From Minisyncoccota bacterium (GTDB lineage Bacteria; Patescibacteriota; Minisyncoccia; Phycocordibacterales; UBA9973): a stretch of 64,000 nt of DNA. The notes below the pieces were generated by a model. That model was not told where the DNA came from. It saw only the letters and a program-made list of their open reading frames with translations, and did no database searches. Positions 45,795-56,688 of the stretch are shown here, piece after piece. Where the stretch lies: positions 55,479 through 119,478 of the forward strand of contig JBAZXO010000002.1 of assembly GCA_041659785.1 (NCBI GenBank), given 5' to 3'. Position numbers and translations under genes: made by a program. The first letter of the stretch is position 1; each line of letters begins with the position of its first letter.

Positions 45795-48314
45795 ATGAAA
45801 TACAAATCTTTTAAAATTATTATTTTGGCAGTTTTTGTTTTATTAATGGCTGGTACTTTTGTTCAAAAAGCAAAAGCAATTGGTGGTGGATCAGGCGTCG
45901 CGTCAGTATGGGCACCTAGCTTTACCGTAAATTACAATCTATCAGGTGACCAAAATACTATGACATACTCTACAGTTGGAACTCGTTCTGGAAGTATTCG
46001 GGTAAATTGTGGAGCTTTTACTCCATTTTGGTACGATAATACAAGCGGTTATAACTGGGGTGGATACATTGGTGGTTATTATGTTGATACTCCGTATCTA
46101 ATGGATAATGGAACTGCTTCTGTTGTTAGCACAAGCGTTTCAGGAAGTATTTCTTCGGGTGAAATAATTCAACAAACTCCTGGAAGAGCTGGTGATGCAC
46201 TTTGTAATGACTCAAGAAGATATTCTTATTATGATAGTGATCCACCTATTGATAATGGAACTCAAGGCACATTTATTACAGTATCAAAGTCTTTGAATGT
46301 TTCTAGTCTTCCAAGTGGCACCTATACTCTTTCTGTTACTCTATGTGCGGAAAATACAAGTACAAGTGGTTCTCCAAATTGTGGCGTTCGAACCCAGTCT
46401 TTTACAATCTCAAGAGCTGCCACCCCTTACACCGTTTCCGCAGCCATTGATCCTGCTAGTGCGAGCCATGGTACTGTTGACCCAACTACAACCCCTCGAA
46501 CAGGCTTAGCCTCTGATGGTACTGCCACTACTACCTTCAAACTTATACCAGATACAGCTAATAATTATGTTGTAGACACATTGATTACTAATGTTACCGG
46601 CGGTAACTGTCTTAAAGATAAATTTCTTGCTGATAACGTTACTTACCAAACCGGTCCAATCACTGCTAATAATTGTGTTTACACTTTTGGATTTAAGTTA
46701 GCTCCAGCTGGTGTTCCCGTCGTTACTCTAACAGCAAATCCAACTTCTGGTACAGTAAATGTTGTTAATCCAGGGCTTACTTGGAGCGCAACAAATTCTC
46801 CTACATCATGTACGGCTAGTGGTGATTGGTCAGGATCAAAAGCAACAAGTGGAACAAACGTATCTCAAGGAGTGTTGACACAGGTAAAGACATATACATA
46901 CAACCTAAGTTGTTCTAATGCTAGTGGCACGAGCGCTTTAGCGACTGCCACAGTCGATGTCATCGCTGCCGCTCCCCCCATGTCCGGCACGCTCACTGCC
47001 TCCGACTGTCAAATCACAGCAGGGAATAACAGCTGTCTTTCTTCTTTAAGTTGGACAACTACAAACCCCGAAGGTGTCTCTAATGTTACTTCCAACACTC
47101 CTGTTGCGAATACCGTCGTCGGTGGTCCTGCAAATAATGGAACTAGTTCAGCGAGTGTTTCTTACGGTACTAGAACATTCTTTTTAAACAATAATGCAAA
47201 GTCACTTGTTCCTGCTTCTGAATCTCCAGCTGGCTCTGGAGTTATAGCTACTGCTACTTGTGCTTCTGGAACTACATGGAACGGAAGTATTTGTATTTCT
47301 GCAGGTGGAATGACCGGTACTCTAACCCCAGCCTCTTCTACTTGTACGATTAGTTCTGGAGCAAGTACTTGTACCAGGATTCTAGCTTGGACTACTACAA
47401 ATCCTGTCGCTGTTTCTGCTGTCACCAATGCTGACGGAGCCACACCTAACCCAAGCGCAAGCAACAACAACACTTCTCAAGTTTTCACAATTCATTACAA
47501 TCTCGGATCTCCTTCAACCTTCTATCTCTACAACAATATGCAAAATCTCGCGACTGCTACCGTCACTCCAGTCTGTACTGCTGGTACCACTTGGAATGGA
47601 ACAACATGCGCTCCTTCTACAGCCATGACGGGCACTCTGACTTCTCTAACGAATACTTGTACAATAGCTTCTGGAGCAAGTACTTGTCTTAATAAAGTTC
47701 TATCTTGGACGACTACAAATCCTGTTGCTACTTCTTCTGTTTCTAATTCAAATGGAGCTACTCCCAACCCAGGCCCAAGTGCAAACAATGGTTCTCAAGG
47801 GTTCACTATTCAATACAATAACAGCGTTGCTACGACATTCTGGCTTTACAACAATGGAGTTCCTCTTGCTTCGAAAGCTATCACTCCAGTCTGTGCTTCT
47901 GGAAGTGGCTGGGATGGAACGAAATGTTTAGCAGGTTTGTGTAGTAATGGCGCTAACAATCCTCCAACCTGTAATACCTGTACTCCTCCAGCGACATATT
48001 CTTTATTAGATAATAAATGTGTTAATTTGGGTCTTTGTTTAAACGGTGCAACTAATCCTCCTGCTTGTACGACCAATAGTGGAGGTACATGTCTAAACGG
48101 TGCAACTAATCCTCCTGCTTGTGACAACTTTGGTGCTGGCACGGCTGGAGTCTGCGCGCCAACACACTACAATTGTTCTGTAGGAACGGTAAATGCAGCA
48201 AGTAAGAAAAGTAATACTTCTAACTTTACTTGGACTTGTGATGGAGTAAGTGGTGGAGCTTCAAGTCCACAGTGCTTAGAGTTAAAAAAGAAACCTATAT
48301 TTATTGAGAATTAG
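45795..48314 (+). CDS. Giant secreted Ser/Thr/Asn-rich repeat protein (adhesin or pilus-associated); three ~105-aa tandem modules and three CLNGATNPPAC-type Cys repeats
   Basis: Signal peptide. Repeats GTLT..S.C.I..G.S.C...L.WTTTNP.. occur three times (about 46990..47930). C-terminal Cys-rich repeats. Confidence 0.65.
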   Translation: MKYKSFKIIILAVFVLLMAGTFVQKAKAIGGGSGVASVWAPSFTVNYNLSGDQNTMTYSTVGTRSGSIRVNCGAFTPFWYDNTSGYNWGGYIGGYYVDTPYLMDNGTASVVSTSVSGSISSGEIIQQTPGRAGDALCNDSRRYSYYDSDPPIDNGTQGTFITVSKSLNVSSLPSGTYTLSVTLCAENTSTSGSPNCGVRTQSFTISRAATPYTVSAAIDPASASHGTVDPTTTPRTGLASDGTATTTFKLIPDTANNYVVDTLITNVTGGNCLKDKFLADNVTYQTGPITANNCVYTFGFKLAPAGVPVVTLTANPTSGTVNVVNPGLTWSATNSPTSCTASGDWSGSKATSGTNVSQGVLTQVKTYTYNLSCSNASGTSALATATVDVIAAAPPMSGTLTASDCQITAGNNSCLSSLSWTTTNPEGVSNVTSNTPVANTVVGGPANNGTSSASVSYGTRTFFLNNNAKSLVPASESPAGSGVIATATCASGTTWNGSICISAGGMTGTLTPASSTCTISSGASTCTRILAWTTTNPVAVSAVTNADGATPNPSASNNNTSQVFTIHYNLGSPSTFYLYNNMQNLATATVTPVCTAGTTWNGTTCAPSTAMTGTLTSLTNTCTIASGASTCLNKVLSWTTTNPVATSSVSNSNGATPNPGPSANNGSQGFTIQYNNSVATTFWLYNNGVPLASKAITPVCASGSGWDGTKCLAGLCSNGANNPPTCNTCTPPATYSLLDNKCVNLGLCLNGATNPPACTTNSGGTCLNGATNPPACDNFGAGTAGVCAPTHYNCSVGTVNAASKKSNTSNFTWTCDGVSGGASSPQCLELKKKPIFIEN

Positions 48315-48324
48315 AAAAGATATT

Positions 48325-48353
48325 AAAAAACCTCCCATTTGGGAGGTTTTTTT
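48325..48353 (+). terminator. Hairpin aaaaaacctccc-attt-gggaggttttttt
   Basis: Read directly. Confidence 0.6.
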
Positions 48354-48368
48354 GTTATAATAAATATA

Positions 48369-50147
48369 ATGCAAATAAATGAAGAACAGCTAAAGAAATC
48401 TATTCTAGAATCAAAGCTTGTTTCTAAGTCTGACTTTGAAGATGCTTTTAAAAAAGCTGAAGCTAAAAAGCAAAAAGTCGGGGATGTTTTACTTTCTCTC
48501 GGAAAAATATCTGAAATAGATTTGAAAAAAATAGAAGCTTTTGTTTTGGGGATACCATTTATTAATTTAAACAATCAGAAAATAGATTTCTCTGTGCTCT
48601 CTCTCATTCCCGAACCCATCGCACGCAATTACAATATCGTTGCTTATAAAAAAAGCGATAATAGTTTAGAGGTTGCTATGCTTGATGCTGATGACCTGCC
48701 AGTAATTGATTTTATAAAGAAACGTTCAGGCTTGAAAATATTACCCAGGCTTACTGATGCTACTTCCATCAGATCTGTCTTGGTGCAATACAGGCAGAGT
48801 TTGAAATCCGAATTTCAAGATATTATTCAAAAAGAAGCTACGGCGTTTAGTACTTCCTCTGAAGAAAGTTTGTCTACGCAGGCAGGGGGTGAAAAGATTG
48901 GCGAAAAATCTGAATCAGAATTAAAAGAAATGGCTGAAGATTTGCCAGTGGTAAAAATAGTCGACTCTCTTATTTTCCATGCAATTTTACAAAACGCATC
49001 TGATGTCCATATCGAACCAGGAGAGAAGGAGCTCACTGTGCGTTATCGAATAGACGGCATCTTGCACGATGCGATGGTCTTGGACAAGAATGCCGGTGCT
49101 GGAATAACCGCCCGCATAAAAGTATTGTCTAATTTAAAACTAGATGAAAAGAGATTGCCGCAAGATGGCAGATTTAAAATAGAACAAAATGGAGAAAAGA
49201 TTTCTTTTCGTGTTTCTACCTTGCCGACTTTCTTTGGAGAAAAGACAGTTATCAGAATTTTAAAAGAAAATGCTCATGGTTTTTCTCTAGAGAAACTTGG
49301 CTTTCATGGAGAAGGACTAGAGAGAATTCATGATTCATTAAAACAAAAAACAGGAATGGTGCTCGCGACAGGTCCGACCGGTAGCGGAAAGACGACTACG
49401 CTTTACACCCTGCTCGACCTTTTAAATAAACCAGAAGTTAATATTTCAACGGTGGAAGATCCTATCGAATATCAAATGCCAAGGGTTAATCAAACCCAGG
49501 TCAAGCCTGAGATTGGTTTGACCTTCGCAAACGGACTTCGTTCACTCTTACGTCAGGATCCAGATATCGTGATGGTAGGAGAGATTCGTGATGGAGAGAC
49601 AGCAGGGCTCGCCATCAATGCATCTCTCACGGGGCACCTTGTTCTATCTACTATACATACGAATTCCGCGGCTGGTGCGATACCTAGACTTATGGATATG
49701 GGAGTTGAGCCCTTTTTAATAACTGCAACTGTTAAGACAATCATCGCGCAAAGACTCGTTCGTAGGCTCACTCCAAACAAAGAAAAGTATTTTCTTTCTT
49801 CTGCTGAAATAAAAAATTTAGAAAAGATTGTAGATTTAAATAGAGTGTCTGAGTTTCTGAAAGTCGAGAATGTGATAGGTAAAAATGATACATGGGATAA
49901 AATTCCTTTTTATAAAGCAGTCAAGAGTGCTGAATTTGAAGATGGGTATTCAAGTCGTGTCGGCATGCATGAAGTTTTGAAAGTCACAGCCACGATAAGG
50001 GAGATGATCATCAAGGGTAGTTCTCAGGATGAGATAGAAGCTCAAGCCAAGAAAGAGGGCATGATGACGATGATCGAAGATGGGGTTTTCCAGGCAGTTT
50101 TGGGAGTGACAACATTAGAAGAAGTCTTTCGTGTTGTTTCCGAATAA
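48369..50147 (+). CDS. pilB: Type IV pilus assembly ATPase PilB (GspE family)
   Basis: N-terminal GSPII_E_N domain. Walker A ATGPTGSGKTTTLY. Asp box and His box. The ATG at 48369 sits directly behind TATAAT; the track start is 48339. Confidence 0.9.
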   Translation: MQINEEQLKKSILESKLVSKSDFEDAFKKAEAKKQKVGDVLLSLGKISEIDLKKIEAFVLGIPFINLNNQKIDFSVLSLIPEPIARNYNIVAYKKSDNSLEVAMLDADDLPVIDFIKKRSGLKILPRLTDATSIRSVLVQYRQSLKSEFQDIIQKEATAFSTSSEESLSTQAGGEKIGEKSESELKEMAEDLPVVKIVDSLIFHAILQNASDVHIEPGEKELTVRYRIDGILHDAMVLDKNAGAGITARIKVLSNLKLDEKRLPQDGRFKIEQNGEKISFRVSTLPTFFGEKTVIRILKENAHGFSLEKLGFHGEGLERIHDSLKQKTGMVLATGPTGSGKTTTLYTLLDLLNKPEVNISTVEDPIEYQMPRVNQTQVKPEIGLTFANGLRSLLRQDPDIVMVGEIRDGETAGLAINASLTGHLVLSTIHTNSAAGAIPRLMDMGVEPFLITATVKTIIAQRLVRRLTPNKEKYFLSSAEIKNLEKIVDLNRVSEFLKVENVIGKNDTWDKIPFYKAVKSAEFEDGYSSRVGMHEVLKVTATIREMIIKGSSQDEIEAQAKKEGMMTMIEDGVFQAVLGVTTLEEVFRVVSE

Positions 50148-50150
50148 ATC

Positions 50151-51368
50151 ATGCTTTTTTCTTACAAAGCAAAATCAAAAACAGGAGAAATTTTAGAAAA
50201 TGTATTAGAAGCTACAGATCGTTTTGCCCTTTCTCGTGAATTGCGTTCCCGTGGATTTATCCCTTTGTCAATCTCAGAAAAGAATAAGAATTTTTTTGAT
50301 AAATTCTCCCCAATATCCAACATTTTTTCTAGAATAAAAATTGCAGAACAAATTCTTCTTACAAAAAATCTAAGCGGAATGATCAAGGCTGGCCTCTCGC
50401 TCTCTAGGGCATTGTCAGTTTTAAAGAAACAAGCAAAAAATCCCAAACTTGATAAAATTTTAACTTCAATAATGGGTGACATAAATTCAGGTGAAACTTT
50501 TTCTTCTGCACTTTCAAAATTTCCAGATGTTTTTTCGAAACTTTTTGTATCAATGACGCGTGCTGGTGAAGAATCTGGGAATCTTGCTGGAGCATTGTCT
50601 GATATTGGATTGAACTTAGAGAAATCAAATTCTCTGACTAAAAAGATTAAAGGAGCGCTTATTTATCCGGGTGTTATTTTGTCAGCAATGATCGTCATTG
50701 GTGTTTTGATGTTTGCTTTTGTTGTGCCCACATTGGCTGGGACGTTTAAAGAGCTAGGTGTTGTCTTGCCTCTATCCACCAGAATTATTATCTTTCTTGG
50801 AAATTTCTTTTCAAATAATTTAATATTAACTTTTGCAATCATTCTTGGTGTCGGTTTTATTTTATACACAGCTTTTCGGTCTAAATTTATGGCCCCATAT
50901 ATTGATTTTACAATTATTAAAATTCCGGTTGTCGGTAATTTATCAAAAGAATTAAATACTGCCCGTACTGCTCGCACCATTTCTTCACTTTTACTTTCTG
51001 GTGTTTCTTTAACACGGGCAATTGAGATCACAGAAGATGTGGTACAAAATATTTATTTTAAAAAAGTTTTAAATGAAGCGAAAGTCGGGATAGAAAAAGG
51101 AGCTCCGTTTTCAGCAGCCTTCGAAGCTCATTCTGATTTGTATCCTATAATGATGTCAGAAATGATCCAGGTTGGAGAAGAAACAGGAAAATTATCCGAT
51201 ATGCTTCTCGAGATTGCTTTGTTTTATGAAGAGGAAATTGAAAATAAAACAAAAAATCTCTCAACGATTATTGAACCAGTGTTAATGATTATTATAGGTG
51301 CTGCCGTCGGGTTTTTTGCAATCTCGATGATATCACCACTTTATTCAATTCTTGGAAGCATAAATTAA
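50151..51368 (+). CDS. pilC: Type IV pilus platform protein PilC (GspF family)
   Basis: Two T2SSF repeats and three TM segments. Confidence 0.9.
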   Translation: MLFSYKAKSKTGEILENVLEATDRFALSRELRSRGFIPLSISEKNKNFFDKFSPISNIFSRIKIAEQILLTKNLSGMIKAGLSLSRALSVLKKQAKNPKLDKILTSIMGDINSGETFSSALSKFPDVFSKLFVSMTRAGEESGNLAGALSDIGLNLEKSNSLTKKIKGALIYPGVILSAMIVIGVLMFAFVVPTLAGTFKELGVVLPLSTRIIIFLGNFFSNNLILTFAIILGVGFILYTAFRSKFMAPYIDFTIIKIPVVGNLSKELNTARTARTISSLLLSGVSLTRAIEITEDVVQNIYFKKVLNEAKVGIEKGAPFSAAFEAHSDLYPIMMSEMIQVGEETGKLSDMLLEIALFYEEEIENKTKNLSTIIEPVLMIIIGAAVGFFAISMISPLYSILGSIN

Positions 51369-51373
51369 AATTT

Positions 51374-51838
51374 ATGATAAACTTTTATAAAAAAGGATTT
51401 ACCGTTGTAGAATTATTAATTGTTTTAGCTGTTATCGGAATTATTTTTTCAATCGTACTTCCACAATTTTCAGCAATCAGAGAAAACCAAGTATTGAAGG
51501 GAGCGGTAAATGATATAATATCCAGCTTAAACAAGGCACAATCACAGACTTTGTCCTCGGTTAACTCTTCATCTTATGGCGTGCATTTTCAGTCGGATAA
51601 AGTTATAATTTTTTTAGGTACAACTTTTTTAGTCAATGATATGAATGAAACAATAAACATTATATCTCCTGCAAATATTTCCAATGTTACCCTCTCTGGA
51701 GTTAGTGGAAATTCTGGAGATATATATTTTAATCGCCTTTCTGGAATACCTAGTAAAACTGGCACGATCACTGTTTCAACTCCCTCCTATTCTAAAATTA
51801 TTACAATCTCTACTACAGGTGTTATTAGCGTAAACTAA
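51374..51838 (+). CDS. Type IV pilin (major pilin candidate)
   Basis: KKGFTVVELLIVLAVIGII prepilin-peptidase motif (G/FTxxE). Confidence 0.8.
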   Translation: MINFYKKGFTVVELLIVLAVIGIIFSIVLPQFSAIRENQVLKGAVNDIISSLNKAQSQTLSSVNSSSYGVHFQSDKVIIFLGTTFLVNDMNETINIISPANISNVTLSGVSGNSGDIYFNRLSGIPSKTGTITVSTPSYSKIITISTTGVISVN

Positions 51839-52330
51839 ATGAAAAATTTTTTTAAAAATGAAATAAAATTGACTACCGGATTTATGATAGTTGAGATATT
51901 AGTAGCAATATCTATTATTACAGTTTCTCTTTTAGCTGCGATGGCAGTAACTCAAAAATCCGTTTCTGTTTCTCATCAAGCCTTTCGTTCGGCACAAGCG
52001 GCGTTTTTATTGGAAGAAGGGGCTGAAGCAGTTAGAACACTTCGAGATAATGCATGGACGAACATTTCTTCTCTAACTGTAAATACAAATTATTATCCAA
52101 TTTTTTCCGCAGGAACTTGGACACTTTCAACTACACCAAACACAATAGATGTTTTTACTCGTACAGTCAGTATCACGAGTGTGAATAGAGATAACACAAC
52201 AAAAGATATTGCAAGTGTGGGCACAGATGATCCTGGAACAAAGTTGATTACAGTTACAGTGTCTTGGGTCGAGGGGGGTGTCACAGTGACCAAGACCTTA
52301 CAGTTTTATATAATGGATATTTTTTCTTAA
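51839..52330 (+). CDS. Pilin-like / pseudopilin
   Basis: LTTGFMIVEILVAISIITV N-terminal pilin helix. Confidence 0.7.
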   Translation: MKNFFKNEIKLTTGFMIVEILVAISIITVSLLAAMAVTQKSVSVSHQAFRSAQAAFLLEEGAEAVRTLRDNAWTNISSLTVNTNYYPIFSAGTWTLSTTPNTIDVFTRTVSITSVNRDNTTKDIASVGTDDPGTKLITVTVSWVEGGVTVTKTLQFYIMDIFS

Positions 52331-52338
52331 ATATAATT

Positions 52339-52851
52339 ATGAAAAATTTTTTCAAAAATAATAATAAAAAAAAGTCGGGCTATTCTGTAGTAGAACTTAT
52401 TTTTTATATCGCTATTTTTTCCGTTGTTTCCATAGTCGTTATCGATGCGATGATTGTAATGGCGAGGTCTTTAAAAGAAACTTCTTTACAGAATGAATTT
52501 ATTCAAAATGGAACAATAATGGAAAGGGTTTCAAGAGAGATAAGAGCATCTTACGCTATAGGTTCTATCGGTCCGACTGATTTAGTATTAAATACTAAAG
52601 ATAATTCTGGAGCGAACAAAACTGTAGAATTTTTACTTTCTGGCTCCAATTTACAACTTCTAGAGAATGGTACCCTTACGGGTAACTTGAACGCGCCAAG
52701 TATTTCTATCTCAAACCTTATATTTACACAAATAACTACAGCAAAAGGAAAAGCAGTTAAAGTATCTTTTTCTATTCAATCCAGTAATGATTTATCTGGT
52801 CGTATTCAGAATTTTTATGACACGGTCGTTCTAAGGGGTTATTATAGATAA
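52339..52851 (+). CDS. Pilin-like / pseudopilin
   Basis: KSGYSVVELIFYIAIFSVV. The ATG at 52339 is preferred over the upstream track start at 52264. Confidence 0.65.
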   Translation: MKNFFKNNNKKKSGYSVVELIFYIAIFSVVSIVVIDAMIVMARSLKETSLQNEFIQNGTIMERVSREIRASYAIGSIGPTDLVLNTKDNSGANKTVEFLLSGSNLQLLENGTLTGNLNAPSISISNLIFTQITTAKGKAVKVSFSIQSSNDLSGRIQNFYDTVVLRGYYR

Positions 52852-52852
52852 T

Positions 52853-54589
52853 ATGAAAAAAGATTTTAGAAAAATAAAAAGAAATGGTGGTGCAGCGATG
52901 CTTATATCTGTAATATTTTTTCTTTTTATTTCTCTGGCAATAATTTCTGGTCTTGTTTCTCCAACAGTGCGTGAATTTAGAATATCTAACGATTTAATAA
53001 AGTCTCGTCAAAGTCTCATTTTGTCTGAGTCTGGAGGAGAAGATGCTTATTTTAGATTAAAAAATGCGAAACCAATAGGTTCTTCAACTACTTTAACTTT
53101 AAATAACAACACAGCTACAACGCAGATTGTTGATTCTGGTTATAATGAAAAAACAATAACTACCTTAGGAAATGTTTCTTCTTTGCAAAGAACAAATCAG
53201 CTAGTATTGTCTACTGGAACTGGCGTTTCTTTCAGCTATGGAGTGCAGTCAGGAGTAGGGGGATTTAATATGGAAAATGGCTCTTCCGTCACAGGAAGTG
53301 TATATTCAAATGGAAACATTACTGGCTCCGGAACAATAAGTGGCTCCGCATTATCTGCAAATTCCCCAGCATTGACCGCTGATCAATCAAATGGTTCCGG
53401 TATACCACCTTACGATGTGATTTTTGGGAATGCAGATGCTACTCAAGATTTCGCACAAAGTTTCCAAGTGAGCACCACATCAGTAGTTAATAAAGTTGAT
53501 TTATATCTTAAAAAATTCAGTACTCCTTCGAATTTAACAGTAAGAATTGTCACAGATGGAGGAGGAAAACCTAGCTCCTCTACTCTTGCATCTGGCTCTC
53601 TTTCAGCCTCTCTTGTATCTACCAACTATGGTTGGGTTAATGTTCCATTTTCTTCAAACCCAGAATTAATAATGGGGACAACTTATTGGATTGTGATAGA
53701 TAGTGTTACAAACTCTTCTCGTTATTATTCAATTGGTGCCAATAATGATGGATATATAAATGGAATTAGTAAAATTGGCCGATACACAGTAACTTGGAAC
53801 AATACTAGCCCTTCTACTCTCGATGGATTTTTCAAACTTTATCTCGGAGGTTTGACTGGTCTTATACGTGGGGTGACTGTCGGTACTGGCAGTACTGGTA
53901 ATGCTTATGCTCATACAGTAAACAATACTACTGTTGCTGGTACAAATTATTGCCAAACAGGAACTGGCAACAATAAAGCTTGCAACACTTCGCTCGCTGA
54001 TCCTACTCAAGTTGCTATGCCGATTTCTGATCAAAATATCTTAGACTGGAAGGCTGAAGCAGAAGCGGGAGGTACTTATACTGGAAATTTTACAGTAAAT
54101 AGTACTTCAGCTTCTTTAGGACCTCAAAAAATTACCGGAAATCTTAGCGTTACGAATAATGCTCATCTTACCGTCACAGGGACACTATGGGTGCAAGGCA
54201 ATATAACAATAAGCAACAACGCTACAGTAAGTCTTTCCCCTAGTTATGGATCAGGAGATGGCGTGATAGTTGCAGACGGCCTTGTAAATATAGGGAATAA
54301 TTCTGTTTTTTCTGGTTCGGGCACTGCCGGGAGTTATTTGATGATACTTTCTACTTCTACTTCTATACAGGCTATAATATTGTCAAATAATGGCGGAGCA
54401 GTTTTACTTTATGCTGCTAATGGCACCGTAGAATTGGACAATAATGCCAGCGCAAAAGCCTTAAATGGCAAATATATTGAGCTAGGAAATAATTCTACGG
54501 TAGTTTATGATTCTGGATTAGTAAATTCTAATTTTGTGAATGGCCCTTCGGGAGGATGGAGCATAACGTCTTGGAAGGAAACTCAATAA
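52853..54589 (+). CDS. Large minor pilin / PilX-like pilus-tip protein
   Basis: N-terminal GGAAMLISVIFFLFISLAIISGL pilin-like helix, followed by a long Ser/Thr/Gly/Asn-rich beta-rich region. Confidence 0.55.
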   Translation: MKKDFRKIKRNGGAAMLISVIFFLFISLAIISGLVSPTVREFRISNDLIKSRQSLILSESGGEDAYFRLKNAKPIGSSTTLTLNNNTATTQIVDSGYNEKTITTLGNVSSLQRTNQLVLSTGTGVSFSYGVQSGVGGFNMENGSSVTGSVYSNGNITGSGTISGSALSANSPALTADQSNGSGIPPYDVIFGNADATQDFAQSFQVSTTSVVNKVDLYLKKFSTPSNLTVRIVTDGGGKPSSSTLASGSLSASLVSTNYGWVNVPFSSNPELIMGTTYWIVIDSVTNSSRYYSIGANNDGYINGISKIGRYTVTWNNTSPSTLDGFFKLYLGGLTGLIRGVTVGTGSTGNAYAHTVNNTTVAGTNYCQTGTGNNKACNTSLADPTQVAMPISDQNILDWKAEAEAGGTYTGNFTVNSTSASLGPQKITGNLSVTNNAHLTVTGTLWVQGNITISNNATVSLSPSYGSGDGVIVADGLVNIGNNSVFSGSGTAGSYLMILSTSTSIQAIILSNNGGAVLLYAANGTVELDNNASAKALNGKYIELGNNSTVVYDSGLVNSNFVNGPSGGWSITSWKETQ

Positions 54590-54623
54590 AATTTAATTTT
54601 TCTAAATGTGATATAATTTCCTT

Positions 54624-55409
54624 ATGTCTAAAAAGATTATTATAGGAAATTGGAAAATGAACCCGCTTGTATTAAAAGAAGCAGAAAAGCTTTTTTTTCT
54701 TGTAGCGAAAGGCATTTATGGCGTTAAAAAAACAGAAATAGTTATTTGTCCGCCATTTTTATATATAGAAAAATTAAAATCCGCCAGCTGGCGGACTAAA
54801 AAAATATCATTAGGTGCACAGAATGCTTTTGCTGGGGACGTGGGAGCCTTTACAGGAGAAGTCTCTGTAGAAATGCTTTATGAAATTGGTGCAAGATATG
54901 TGATATTGGGCCATTCTGAAAGACGAGAGATGCCTGTCCGTCTGGGCGGAGGGGAAACGAATGAAATAATAAATAAAAAAATAAAAAGTGCACTTGTCGC
55001 GGGGCTCATTCCTATCTTATGTGTTGGAGAAAGTTCTAGAGATGAGAATCATGGATATTTTAATTTTGTAAAAAATCAATTAGAAGAATGCCTAAATGGT
55101 GTTTCTAAAAATTCAATAGCTAAAATAATTATTGCCTATGAGCCAATTTGGGCTATCTCTAGTACGCCAGATCGCCGGGATGCTACGCCAGACGATTGTA
55201 GAGAGATGGTTATTTTTATTCGTAAAATTCTCTCTGATAAATTTGGTAAAGATGCAATAGGAATGAGGATTATGTATGGCGGTTCAGTTAATGAAAAAGA
55301 CGCAGAAAGTTTCTTAAAAAATGGCAGTGTCGAAGGGTTACTCGTCGGGCGCGCATCACTCGACCCTAAAAAGTTTGTGGAAATTTTAAAAATAGCAGAA
55401 AAGATATGA
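54624..55409 (+). CDS. tpiA: Triosephosphate isomerase
   Basis: IIGNWKMNP...ILGHSERR...YEPIWAI. Confidence 0.9.
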   Translation: MSKKIIIGNWKMNPLVLKEAEKLFFLVAKGIYGVKKTEIVICPPFLYIEKLKSASWRTKKISLGAQNAFAGDVGAFTGEVSVEMLYEIGARYVILGHSERREMPVRLGGGETNEIINKKIKSALVAGLIPILCVGESSRDENHGYFNFVKNQLEECLNGVSKNSIAKIIIAYEPIWAISSTPDRRDATPDDCREMVIFIRKILSDKFGKDAIGMRIMYGGSVNEKDAESFLKNGSVEGLLVGRASLDPKKFVEILKIAEKI

Positions 55410-56620
55410 AGCTAAAAACTTTAGAAAGTGTAAATTTAGAAGGTAAAACCATTCTCTATCGAGCGCCTTATGATATTGATGTTAAAGAGGTGAGTGGCGG
55501 ATTAGAAGTAAAAGATGACTTGCGCATTAGGGCAACACTTTCAACACTTCAATATTTATTGCAAAAAAATTGTAAAATTATAATTCTCACATATGTTGGG
55601 CGTCCAGATGGAAAAGTCGTGGAAAATCTTCGCACTGCTCCTCATGCAAAAAAACTCTCTGAACTTTTAAATCATTCGGTTGAAAAAGTCGATGATTGTA
55701 TTGGTCCACTAGTTGATAAAAAAATCTCAAAGATGCAGGTGGGTGATATTTTAATGCTTGAAAATGTGCGATTTTATAAGGAAGAAATGGAAGATGATGA
55801 TGAGTTTGCAAAAAAACTTTGTAAGGGGAAAGATTTAATTGTTTTTGATGGTTTCCCTCAGGCAATGAGAATACATGCTTCCACGACCGGGATTGAAAGA
55901 CATTTGCCGGCAGTAGCAGGCTTATATTTACAACATGAAGTTGAAATGCTATCAAACTTACTGGATAATCCAGCGCGACTTTTTACAGTAATTATCGGTG
56001 GAGCAAAGGTTTCTGACAAAGTTGATGCGGTAAATAATTTATTAAAATTAGCTGATAAGGTTTTAGTTGGCGGTGCGGTGGCAAGTGTTTTTTTGAAAGC
56101 ACAAGGGAAAGAACTAGGGGATTCTTTTGTTGAAGATGTTTTTGTAGATGAAAAAAGACGTGAGAAAAAAGACTGGGTTGTTTATGCGAAAGAAATTCTA
56201 CAAAAATATAAAGAAAAAATTGCGTATCCAGAAGATGTTGTAATTTCTGATGGTGTTACAATTAAAACTATTAATATTTTGACCGAAGAAGTTCCAGAAA
56301 AATGGATGGCGCTTGATATTGGTCCTAAAACACAAAAAGTCTTTTCTGAAATAATAGAAAATTCCAAAACAGTTTTTCTAGGTGGTCCAATGGGGAAATT
56401 CGAAGATGAAAAATTTGCTCAAGGGTCAAAAGCCATACTTGAAGCAATAAAAAATACGCAAGGGAAAACAATTATTGCTGGTGGAGATACGATTGATATG
56501 GCACGCAGATATGGCAATCTAAACGACTATTCTCATGTCAGTCTTGCTGGGGGAGCAACATTAGATTTCCTTGCTGGCAAAGAACTTCCGGCGCTTCAGG
56601 CACTTTTAGAAAAAGATTAA
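55406..56620 (+). CDS. pgk: Phosphoglycerate kinase
   Basis: RAPYDIDV...GRPDGK N-terminal motifs, hinge, and C-terminal nucleotide domain. 4-nt overlap with tpiA. Confidence 0.95.
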   Translation: MKLKTLESVNLEGKTILYRAPYDIDVKEVSGGLEVKDDLRIRATLSTLQYLLQKNCKIIILTYVGRPDGKVVENLRTAPHAKKLSELLNHSVEKVDDCIGPLVDKKISKMQVGDILMLENVRFYKEEMEDDDEFAKKLCKGKDLIVFDGFPQAMRIHASTTGIERHLPAVAGLYLQHEVEMLSNLLDNPARLFTVIIGGAKVSDKVDAVNNLLKLADKVLVGGAVASVFLKAQGKELGDSFVEDVFVDEKRREKKDWVVYAKEILQKYKEKIAYPEDVVISDGVTIKTINILTEEVPEKWMALDIGPKTQKVFSEIIENSKTVFLGGPMGKFEDEKFAQGSKAILEAIKNTQGKTIIAGGDTIDMARRYGNLNDYSHVSLAGGATLDFLAGKELPALQALLEKD

Positions 56621-56644
56621 ATAAATTTATTAAACCAAATTCAC

Positions 56645-56664
56645 ATCTACGCTATAGCGTAGAT
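56645..56664. repeat. Perfect 20-bp palindrome atctacgctatagcgtagat (copy 1), 24 nt upstream of the Cas2-like gene
   Basis: Read directly. Identical to 57066..57085. Confidence 0.7.
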
Positions 56665-56688
56665 TTAGAAAAGAGGTATAATAGGAAT

